IMG/VR virus record: IMGVR_UViG_3300031251_000967
Coordinates: 11,523 to 75,522 of that record
Length of the DNA stretch: 64,000 bases
Strand: one strand, 5' to 3'
Source: a virus
In this document: piece after piece, positions 56,651 to 64,000 of the stretch
Position numbering within the stretch: position 1 is the stretch's first letter
How the letters are laid out: each line of letters opens with the position of its first letter
Translations under genes and position numbers: made by a program
The notes under the pieces: model-generated
The model's database searches: none
What the model was told of the DNA's origin: nothing
What the model saw: the letters and a program-made list of their open reading frames with translations, nothing else

Positions 56651-57158
56651 CACCCCGCCTCCGATGGCCTTCGTCTGGAAGGATGGAGCAATGGTCCCGC
56701 TTCATCGCCGGCTTGCCGAGAAGCATTTCGGCGAGGGGGAAATTGTCACGCTGGAAGTGCGGGAAGATCGTTCGGCCGCATCCCACCGTCATTACTTCGC
56801 CTGCATCGCGGAGGCGCACGCCAACCTGCCGGAGGAAATCGCCGAGCGGCTTCCGACACCGGACCATTTACGCAAATTCGCACTGATCCGGAGCGGCTAT
56901 CGCGACGAACGGTCCATGCCGTGCTCATCAAAGGCTGAGGCGCGGAAGCTGGCCGCCTTCGTGAAGCCGATAGACGAGTTCGCGATCGTAGCCGTGCATG
57001 AGGCGACCGTCACCATCTGGACGGCGAAATCACAATCCGTCAGGGCGATGGGGAAAGCCGAATTCCAGAAGAGCAAGGATGACGTTCTGTCCTTCGTCGC
57101 CTCTCTGATCGGCACCGATTCCGCCACCCTGCAACAACATACCAATGAAGCCGCGTGA
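56643..57158 (+). CDS. NinB/DUF1367-like protein
   Basis: RSAASHRHYFA, AKSQSVRAMGKAEF. Confidence 0.7.
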   Translation: MPDTPPPMAFVWKDGAMVPLHRRLAEKHFGEGEIVTLEVREDRSAASHRHYFACIAEAHANLPEEIAERLPTPDHLRKFALIRSGYRDERSMPCSSKAEARKLAAFVKPIDEFAIVAVHEATVTIWTAKSQSVRAMGKAEFQKSKDDVLSFVASLIGTDSATLQQHTNEAA

Positions 57159-57168
57159 GGAGAACCTT

Positions 57169-57495
57169 ATGCCTGACCTATCGAACGTCAAGACCGGCGA
57201 CAAGCTCTACGTGCCCGGCCGGTTTGAGGGCGGCAGCATCCTGACCGTTCAGCGGATCACCCCGACGGGACGCATCGTCACTGAGAACGGCACCTTTATG
57301 CCGAACGGCCGATTGGTAGGAGCGAGTGGCTGGGATGTGACGCATGGCCGCCCCGCCACGCCAGAGGACATTGAGAATGTCCGGCAATCAAAGATTCTCC
57401 ACCGCCTGAAGGCCACAAAGTGGGCTGAGGTTTCACCGGAAACGCGCGATGCGATCGTGCAACTACTGAATAGCGCGAAGGCGCAGAAGTCATGA
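57169..57495 (+). CDS. Hypothetical beta-barrel protein
   Basis: VKTGDK...VQRITPTGRI. Confidence 0.6.
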   Translation: MPDLSNVKTGDKLYVPGRFEGGSILTVQRITPTGRIVTENGTFMPNGRLVGASGWDVTHGRPATPEDIENVRQSKILHRLKATKWAEVSPETRDAIVQLLNSAKAQKS

Positions 57496-58520
57496 CCTCG
57501 TCCTCACCGACACCGCCCCTCACGGCGGAAGAGATACCGCCACCGCTCGATGTCGAGAAGCTGAAGGAGATCGCGAGCGCCGCGTCTCAAGGCGATTGGA
57601 TGGCGTGCGGCCCCTACGCCTACAAGAGCGATGGCGGCCGTGAAACGTATCGGATCGAGGCTCCCGGCGAACTCGTCGCGATGGTGATGGCTCACCATGA
57701 GCTTGGCGAAAAGAACGCCGAGTTCCTGGTCGCCGCACAGCCCGCGACCTTCCTCCGCCTCCTCTCCGCCCTCGCCGAGCACCAAGAAACCATCGCGGGT
57801 GTAATCCGAGTCCTTTCCGGCATCGGCAATTTCGAGGGCCGATCGCTCGGTGAGGCCTTGGAAGACGTGATCGACGAGAAGGATCGGCGCATCGCCGAGC
57901 TGGAGCGCGCGGCCAAGATCTCGGACGACGTGACCCGCCGGCTTCAAGAGCATGCCGAAGCACTCGCCCGCCAGCGCGACCACTACTACGACATGGCCTA
58001 CGCCGAGTGCCCTGACGAGCATGGCTTTCCAGGTGAGACGTGGCAATCCCGCGCCACAGCCGAGAAGGCCCGCGCGGACGCGGCGGTGGAGCGAGAGAGG
58101 GTGCTGCGGGATGTGATTGGCAACCTCTCCGCGAAGGCCATGCTCGGCAAGCAAATCTGCCAGGACGATCACCCCAAGATCGCCGAAGGCTTCCAAGTCA
58201 TCGCAGACTATGCCGACGCCGCCCTGTCCTCCCCCGCACCAGGGAGCGGGGAGGCGGACCCGCGCTTGCGCGACTTGGCGAGACCTGACCACGGCTTTCG
58301 TGTCGGAGATCGCGTCCGGATCGCATCTACCGCGCCGTACGCCGCCGACTGGCAAGGCGTTGAACTCACCGTCGTCGGCATGCGCCTCACTCCGTCCGGC
58401 AAAATGACCTTCCACGTGTCGGAGAACTGGCCGGCGGATGGCGGGTTCGATGACGTGCCGCCAGAAGATCTCGTCCATTGGTCTCCCGCCGCCGGGAGTG
58501 AGGAGCAAGAACATGGCTGA
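57492..58520 (+). CDS. Ead/Ea22-like mosaic protein
   Basis: LKEIASAASQGDW...NAEFLVAAQPATFLRLL. Confidence 0.7.
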   Translation: MTSSSPTPPLTAEEIPPPLDVEKLKEIASAASQGDWMACGPYAYKSDGGRETYRIEAPGELVAMVMAHHELGEKNAEFLVAAQPATFLRLLSALAEHQETIAGVIRVLSGIGNFEGRSLGEALEDVIDEKDRRIAELERAAKISDDVTRRLQEHAEALARQRDHYYDMAYAECPDEHGFPGETWQSRATAEKARADAAVERERVLRDVIGNLSAKAMLGKQICQDDHPKIAEGFQVIADYADAALSSPAPGSGEADPRLRDLARPDHGFRVGDRVRIASTAPYAADWQGVELTVVGMRLTPSGKMTFHVSENWPADGGFDDVPPEDLVHWSPAAGSEEQEHG

Positions 58521-59634
58521 GCACGATCAGCGTTTCGACACCTTCCAGCAATGGGTAAACAAGGCATCGTCCTGGCTTACCCGGCGCGGTGAGCACGTGA
58601 AGGTCATTTGCTTTGACCAGAAAGGCCGGCTCGTCAGCAACGGCGGCGACATGATGCGCGCCCGCGACGAAGGCGCTTTCCCGGTCGAGTGGGTCTGGCC
58701 GGAGCAGGCCGTCGAAGCCGTCATGAAGGCTCGGTCGACCCCTACCCCCGCGTCTCCTCCGGCGACGGCAGCGGAGAGCGTGACGCTGCTCGAAGAGGTG
58801 CGCGACGTGCTCACCTGGGCCGCTACGGTGATCCGCCCCGGCTCGGACCTCCGAACGTCGATGGACGCGGTGACGGCAAAGATTGTCGCCGCCCTCACCG
58901 CCGCCGGGCAGGCGACGCCGGACCCGCGAGACGAGTTGATCGCTGATTTGCGCGGGCAACTCGCGACGTTGCAGGCGAACTATCGCAACGTTGCGTCCGC
59001 CGCCGGGAAGGCCGCGCCGATCCCGATGATCCTGCATTGTCCGAAGTGCGGCGAGCAACACATCGACGAGCCGGACGAGCGTACGCCCGGATGGACCAAC
59101 CCGCCCCATCGGAGCCACCTCTGTCATGGCTGCCAGACCATCTGGCGGCCGGCGGACGTGCCGACCGTTGGCGTGCGGTCGATCGAGACGCGCGGCAAGG
59201 CGGACACATGGGCCGCCGGGCAGGCCGCGACACCATCTGCCGCGCTAAACCAGCTGTTGCTCGAATGCGAGGCCGTTGCCCGGCTGGCGAGCTTCGAGAC
59301 GATCAAGCGCCAGGGCGGGATCATCCACATCGGCCTGTCGGCACAGGACATCGAAGCGGTCATCGCGCATTTAGGCGGACAGGCCGCGACACCGAGCGAG
59401 CCGGCCGATGCATGGCGGCCGATCGAGACCGCGCCTGACCATGGCTTCATTCAGGTCTGGTGTCCAGAAGATGATTCTGCCCGCGAGGCATACCGCAATC
59501 TTCATGACCCGTGGTGGCGCAATCCTTACTCTGGGGCGGCATTAGAGCCCGCGCCGGTAGTGTGGAAGCCTTTTGAAAAGGCTCCCCTTCGCATGGTCGG
59601 CCCCTCCTCACAGGGAGCGCCGATCGATGAGTGA
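58513..59634 (+). CDS. Mosaic protein with repeated linkers and DUF551-like C-terminus
   Basis: CPKCGEQHID...HRSHLCHGC; WRPIETAP. Confidence 0.7.
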   Translation: MAEHDQRFDTFQQWVNKASSWLTRRGEHVKVICFDQKGRLVSNGGDMMRARDEGAFPVEWVWPEQAVEAVMKARSTPTPASPPATAAESVTLLEEVRDVLTWAATVIRPGSDLRTSMDAVTAKIVAALTAAGQATPDPRDELIADLRGQLATLQANYRNVASAAGKAAPIPMILHCPKCGEQHIDEPDERTPGWTNPPHRSHLCHGCQTIWRPADVPTVGVRSIETRGKADTWAAGQAATPSAALNQLLLECEAVARLASFETIKRQGGIIHIGLSAQDIEAVIAHLGGQAATPSEPADAWRPIETAPDHGFIQVWCPEDDSAREAYRNLHDPWWRNPYSGAALEPAPVVWKPFEKAPLRMVGPSSQGAPIDE

Positions 59635-59836
59635 CTACGGCACCGTGATCGACCGCTGCCGGGACTGCGGCTGCCTCAGCCATGTCGGCTATCCGTCGTT
59701 GCTCTGCCGCGACTGCTACCGCGAAGGGGAGCGCAGCGGCGAAATCCCGGTCGACGATCCCGACCCTGACGACGTGCTCGAAGATCCCGACTGGAAGCCA
59801 TGGGACATGCGCACGGAGCCCTCCGATGCCGAATGA
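59627..59836 (+). CDS. Small zinc-finger protein
   Basis: CRDCG...CRDC. Confidence 0.55.
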   Translation: MSDYGTVIDRCRDCGCLSHVGYPSLLCRDCYREGERSGEIPVDDPDPDDVLEDPDWKPWDMRTEPSDAE

Positions 59837-60281
59837 CCCCGCCGCTCTCCTCCCCCTCGCAGAGGCATGCGGACGGGCCCAGGTGGAGGACGAACTTCGC
59901 CTGCTGCGGCGGATTATCCCGACGCTCGTACAGGCCGGCTTGCTGTCGTGGACAGACGGCAACGACGCCGAGAACATCTGCCTGCATGTCGCAAACGGTG
60001 TGCTTCCGCGCTCCTGCCTCCTCGGCGCGGCGATGATGCTAAAGCCGGCCGAATACAGGTGCGGGTTCGAAGAGGCGGACGGGCTGGATGCGGACCAGCG
60101 GGCCGAAGCGTGGTGCTGGCCCGACGACCGGTCGTGGGAGCCGGACTGGCGCGAGGGCAACGAAGGGTATCGCGGCCATCCGCACGGCTCACGATCGGCG
60201 GCCGTGACGCCGGCCCTTGCCATGACCGGTGCGTTCCTCCGCGCCCACCACACCGCCGCCGCGGATGACGGAGGCAAGTGA
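59826..60281 (+). CDS. Hypothetical protein
   Basis: TPALAM..AFLRA motif. Confidence 0.6.
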   Translation: MPNDPAALLPLAEACGRAQVEDELRLLRRIIPTLVQAGLLSWTDGNDAENICLHVANGVLPRSCLLGAAMMLKPAEYRCGFEEADGLDADQRAEAWCWPDDRSWEPDWREGNEGYRGHPHGSRSAAVTPALAMTGAFLRAHHTAAADDGGK

Positions 60282-60415
60282 TGCTTTGGATTGTGGTGGC
60301 GGCACTGGCGGCCGTGTCCCCTGTGGTACTCGCCGCCCTCCTGCCGTCCATCGTGGCGGCCCGGCAAGATCGAATCCTGAAAAGGGCCGCGGATGACGGG
60401 GAGGCGGGACGGTGA
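60281..60415 (+). CDS. 44-aa membrane peptide (not in track)
   Basis: TGATG-coupled at both ends. Confidence 0.5.
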   Translation: MLWIVVAALAAVSPVVLAALLPSIVAARQDRILKRAADDGEAGR

Positions 60416-60606
60416 TGCGAGATCTGACGCCGGAAGAGGAGCGTGCCATCGCATCGCTGGAGCGGATCGCGAAGAGATGGCCGCAGACGCTCAAACTCTT
60501 TTCGTGGTCCGGCTCGCTCTACGTGATGGATGCGGCGGTTCAGCCCGGCGCCGACGCGATTCTCGCGAGTATCTGCAACATTCCGAACGATGGCGGCGAC
60601 CCGTGA
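60415..60606 (+). CDS. Hypothetical protein
   Basis: RWPQTLKLFSWSG...IPNDGGD. Confidence 0.6.
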   Translation: MRDLTPEEERAIASLERIAKRWPQTLKLFSWSGSLYVMDAAVQPGADAILASICNIPNDGGDP

Positions 60607-60666
60607 ACGCCACCCCACCCACCCCCGCCGCAGGATCGCCCGCGCAAGAGACGAAGGAGTAAGGAC

Positions 60667-60816
60667 GTGGACGATTTCGATGATGACGTGTTCGGCGAGG
60701 ATCCGGACGAGGTCGATGCGATGCTGAGCTGCGGCCGGACGGATGACGGGCTCTGCATGCTTGCCGGCACCGAGCACTGCGATTTCGAGTGCCCGTATCG
60801 GGATGCACTCCGGTGA
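60667..60816 (+). CDS. Acidic Cys-rich peptide (not in track)
   Basis: AAGGA RBS; CG..DGLCMLAGTEHCDFECPY. Confidence 0.55.
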   Translation: MDDFDDDVFGEDPDEVDAMLSCGRTDDGLCMLAGTEHCDFECPYRDALR

Positions 60817-61400
60817 CCGTCGCCTCATCCCGCCCCGCCGGAGCGGACCGCCACGACAGCGGCTGCAAGGTGAAGATGCCGCTCCCGCCCGGCGTGACGG
60901 GAAGCGCGATCTTCCGCGGCGAGAGAGACGAACACCGGCTCGTTCTGGAGCGTCGGTTCGCTGACCTCACCATCAGCGCCGACCCGGAAGCCTTCGCGCT
61001 CTGGCTGGGCATGAACCCGTCCGGTGCTGAGGCGGATGTGAACGATCTCACGATCGTGAAAGAGTGCACCTGGACCAAGCGGCTTGGCTTCCGACGCTAC
61101 GTCAAGGGCAACGCCGGAACCTACCGCTGGACGGACAGCACGACCTTGAACGCCTCGCGATGCGTTCTCTCGCACCCGGACAACCTGCCGGTGCTCCGTG
61201 CGCTGGCGGCTGAGGCCGGCATAATCGTGCTCGCCACGGGAAAACCGCCGGAACGGCTTTTACCCGATGTCGCGGCGCTGTTCGATGCCCTGAAGAGCGA
61301 CGGACGCACGGTCCATTGCCTCGGCACGACTAAAGACGGGTGGCCGAAGCATTCGAGCCGGCTCGGCTACGGCACGCCGTTCGTGGAGTACCAGCTATGA
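60813..61400 (+). CDS. DUF1643 family protein
   Basis: WLGMNPSGAEADVNDLTI, CLGTTKDGWPKH. Confidence 0.8.
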   Translation: MTVASSRPAGADRHDSGCKVKMPLPPGVTGSAIFRGERDEHRLVLERRFADLTISADPEAFALWLGMNPSGAEADVNDLTIVKECTWTKRLGFRRYVKGNAGTYRWTDSTTLNASRCVLSHPDNLPVLRALAAEAGIIVLATGKPPERLLPDVAALFDALKSDGRTVHCLGTTKDGWPKHSSRLGYGTPFVEYQL

Positions 61401-61678
61401 GCCGCCCCGCCGGAGCGGAGACACCGGAGGAGATCGCTGAGCGGGTCTTCAGGTCTGTGCCGGGCGGCCGTTTTTACGAACGGCGACTTGAAGAAGCCTT
61501 CGCCGCCGCCCTCCGCGCCGAAGGCGAGCGGAGAGCCGCCGAGATGCGGGAAAGGGCCACCGATTATCTGATCAGCTTGGCGACCAGCATGTGCGATTCG
61601 AGCGAGCTTGCCGAATTCGTCCGTGCCCTCCCCCTCTCCCCTCCCGCTCAGGACGGCGGGAGCGATACGCAACCATGA
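61397..61678 (+). CDS. Hypothetical protein
   Basis: ATGA-coupled. Confidence 0.6.
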   Translation: MSRPAGAETPEEIAERVFRSVPGGRFYERRLEEAFAAALRAEGERRAAEMRERATDYLISLATSMCDSSELAEFVRALPLSPPAQDGGSDTQP

Positions 61679-61683
61679 GTTTA

Positions 61684-61765
61684 GCGATGCCTTCGGCCCG
61701 GGCTGTCGGTCCTTCGGACCCGAGCCCGCAAGCGGTCTCGGCCATTCGGCTTCCATCCCTATCGC
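61684..61765 (-). repeat. Four-hairpin element, cassette C upstream copy
   Basis: Reverse complement GCGATAGGGATGGAAGCCGAATGGCCGAGAC..AGCCCGGGCCGAAGGCATCGC. Confidence 0.9.
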
Positions 61766-61778
61766 ATTGGAGAAGCAC

Positions 61779-62183
61779 ATGACGACGCGGACGATTCTCA
61801 AACGAGTGAGCATGACCCTCGCCGAGAACGAGATCTGGATGGACCCGACTGAAATCGTTCTCGTCCACCATCCGAAGTACGGCTTCAACCGGCACACGGT
61901 CGAGGACGTGATCGAGGTCATTGCAGCCGAAGAGGATGATGTCGACATCCTCAACAACGGTTACAGCGACGACAACGGCCCTGTCGATCCCGGCGACCTG
62001 TGCGGCGACTCCTTCTGCATTACCGCTCAGAACGCCCGCGCGCTCGGCGAAGCGCTGATCCGCGCCGCGCAAGGGATCGAAGCCCGGAGGGCGGAGACTG
62101 CGCAAGCAGGCTCCGTCGCAGACGAGAGCCCGACCCCGCAGGGGATGCGCCCAACCACTGATTGCGGGGAGCCCTCGTCATGA
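61779..62183 (+). CDS. Acidic hypothetical protein (cargo of cassette C)
   Basis: GGAGA RBS; C-terminus QGIEARRAET encoded by element. Confidence 0.7.
   Translation: MTTRTILKRVSMTLAENEIWMDPTEIVLVHHPKYGFNRHTVEDVIEVIAAEEDDVDILNNGYSDDNGPVDPGDLCGDSFCITAQNARALGEALIRAAQGIEARRAETAQAGSVADESPTPQGMRPTTDCGEPSS
62067..62150 (+). repeat. Four-hairpin element, cassette C downstream copy
   Basis: GCGCAAGGGATCGAAGCCCGGAGGGCGGAGAC..GAGAGCC..TGCGC. Confidence 0.9.
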
Positions 62184-62440
62184 CGCGGGAGGAGCTACGC
62201 AGGCAAGTTGTCCGCGCGATCGGAAGCGGAGCGGCGGCTGATCGCGCCATCCCCATCGTCCTGAAGGCGGCGGCAGAGGTGGCGGATGCGTTCGACACGA
62301 AGTCGGCAAAGCACGTGACGCTATACATGAAAGCCCAGGAGGCGGCCGGTCAGGAGATCAAGGAACGCATCCTCGCGCTCTCGCCCGAACAAACCTCTGG
62401 TGTCGTCACCCCCGGCAGCGCGGGCGGAGGAGAAGGATGA
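62180..62440 (+). CDS. Hypothetical protein
   Basis: ATGA-coupled. Confidence 0.55.
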   Translation: MTREELRRQVVRAIGSGAAADRAIPIVLKAAAEVADAFDTKSAKHVTLYMKAQEAAGQEIKERILALSPEQTSGVVTPGSAGGGEG

Positions 62441-62649
62441 TCGGCGAACCTTACGTCACGGTCACGTGCGACTGCTGCCACAGCGCGCACGACTTCAGCC
62501 TGACCGCGACCACGCGCGGCGGCTATGACGAGCGTGACTTGGAGAACGAGATGGCGGCGCAAGGCTGGGTGATTGACGGCGATCTCACATACTGCTGCCA
62601 GGAATGCGCTGACGAATCAACCTCTGGTCTCGCGGGCGGGGGACGCTAG
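62437..62649 (+). CDS. Small zinc-ribbon protein
   Basis: CDCC...GW...CCQEC. Confidence 0.6.
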   Translation: MIGEPYVTVTCDCCHSAHDFSLTATTRGGYDERDLENEMAAQGWVIDGDLTYCCQECADESTSGLAGGGR

Positions 62650-62654
62650 GCACG

Positions 62655-62978
62655 ATGTCGACCGTATCGGACCCGGAGCGTATCCGCATACGCCGGGCCG
62701 CAGAGATAACCGGGATGCCGGTGCGGACGCTTCAGCAACTCGCACCGCACATCCCCGGCTCGGCGAAGCTCGGCGAGCGGTGGACGTTCAACTTGATTGC
62801 GCTTCGTGCATGGGTGCGCGAGCGTGAGGTGGCGACCAAGCAAAAGGCCGCTGCGGAGATTAGGGCGGGATGGCGAAAAGCATCTACAAGCGCGGCGGCA
62901 TCTGGTGGGGCCGGAAGCAGGTCGATGGCCGAGTTCACCGACGAAGCCTACGCACGCGCGATCGGGCTGAGGCGCTAA
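62655..62978 (+). CDS. xis: Excisionase-like HTH protein
   Basis: AAEITGMPVRTL..IPGSAKLGERWTF; overlaps int start. Confidence 0.75.
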   Translation: MSTVSDPERIRIRRAAEITGMPVRTLQQLAPHIPGSAKLGERWTFNLIALRAWVREREVATKQKAAAEIRAGWRKASTSAAASGGAGSRSMAEFTDEAYARAIGLRR

Positions 62979-64000
62979 AGCGGTACAATGGCTGGGTTGA
63001 AGACCTCACCGCGGCGGTTCACTTCGGCGAAAGCCGGATGCTCTGGCAGGACGCCGTGCTGAAGTGGGTCCAAGACGTCATGCCCGGATCGGTGAGCAAG
63101 CGCACCGCCGATCGTTATGTCCTGTCGCTGCGCAACCTGCACCCGCTCCTCGTCGGCAAGCCGATCGACAGCATCACCCGCGCAACCGTAGCTGAGGTTG
63201 TCGCGAAGCGGAAGCGCGGCGGCTACAAGGTCACGCCGGAGCGACCGCCGCTGAAGCCGGTAACGAACGCGACCATCCGGCGCGACCTCACCGCCGCATC
63301 GCAGGTCATGCAAGCGGCGATATCGTGGGAAGCCGCTGAGGCGAACCCGTTTCTGAACTACGACAAGCGGCAGGTCAGGGAGCGACGGGAGCCGATCCGC
63401 CCGCCGGCCGCAGAGGACGTGGCGTTTGTAATCGGGCTTGCCAGCTCACAGGGGTTCGCGGACCTGCTGCGGTTCCTCGACCAGACCGGCGCCCGCGAGA
63501 ACGAAGGCGCGCAACTGGAGTGGCGCGACATCGATTTCGAGCGCGGACAGGTGACGCTCTACAAGACGAAGCGGCAGCGCGCACGCCGCATCCGTCTGAC
63601 GCCGGAAACGATCGCCATGCTGTCCGCACGCCCCCGCGCGCTGGGATCGCCCTACGTGTTCTGGCACGGCACCGGAGAGCCGTTCCGGAACGCCGCGTCA
63701 AACTTCGGCCGGCTGATGCGGCGAGCACAAAAACAAGCACAGTCCGAGACACGCGAATTCCGCCGATTCCGGGCGCACGATCTGCGCCATGGCTACGCCA
63801 TCCGCGAGCTGCTGAACGGGCGGGATATCTACGATCTGAGCCGCCATCTGGGGCACACATCGGTGAAGACGACGGAGATGCACTACCTCGCGTGGCTGGA
63901 CACGGCGGCGGGTTCTGAGGAGCGCGCGGACAAGCACAAAAACGGTCACAGGAGCATCGGTTCTGCTGACGACGAACACGGCAGTTTCGCCGGCAAGTGA
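62870..64000 (+). CDS. int: Tyrosine integrase
   Basis: TGAR, KTK, HDLRH, LGHT...HY catalytic set. Confidence 0.95.
   Translation: MAKSIYKRGGIWWGRKQVDGRVHRRSLRTRDRAEALKRYNGWVEDLTAAVHFGESRMLWQDAVLKWVQDVMPGSVSKRTADRYVLSLRNLHPLLVGKPIDSITRATVAEVVAKRKRGGYKVTPERPPLKPVTNATIRRDLTAASQVMQAAISWEAAEANPFLNYDKRQVRERREPIRPPAAEDVAFVIGLASSQGFADLLRFLDQTGARENEGAQLEWRDIDFERGQVTLYKTKRQRARRIRLTPETIAMLSARPRALGSPYVFWHGTGEPFRNAASNFGRLMRRAQKQAQSETREFRRFRAHDLRHGYAIRELLNGRDIYDLSRHLGHTSVKTTEMHYLAWLDTAAGSEERADKHKNGHRSIGSADDEHGSFAGK

Larger units (their letters stand above)
1..64000. mobile_element. Temperate prophage (lambda-like head, Mu-like contractile tail, tyrosine integrase); left end continues beyond window
   Basis: Ordered tail, head, packaging, replication, immunity, recombination and int modules. 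Confidence 0.95.

Overview
The window is most of a temperate (pro)phage of a high-GC Alphaproteobacterium; the host is inferred from a GapR/DUF2312 homologue and the codon style. The minus strand carries a holin-like gene and a truncated HTH-metallophosphoesterase (1-1043), a Mu-like contractile tail and baseplate (2.5-17 kb), and a lambda-like head and packaging module with a cosQ/cosN-like site (17-26 kb). It continues with an 8-kb cluster of fibre-like genes around a 1453-aa candidate polysaccharide lyase (26.5-34.8 kb), a structured late leader with a Q-position regulator (37.4-38.5 kb), and replication, DNA-modification and nin-like genes (38.5-50 kb). A cro/cI switch with five operators lies at 50.3-51.4 kb. 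The plus strand then carries the early-left region (Gp157, Bet/RecT, many small ORFs), xis and a tyrosine integrase. Main unexplained signals: (1) six copies of a 79-94 bp four-hairpin element, mostly with GNA triloops and covarying stems, arranged as inverted pairs around three unrelated single genes, i.e. a candidate gene-cassette system; (2) a complete HNH endonuclease overprinted in another frame inside an uninterrupted DNA methyltransferase; (3) a possible capsid-anchored glycan-degrading appendage, accompanied by an SGNH/GH16 protein and an O-acyltransferase. All assignments are from motif recognition by eye; no database searches were run.
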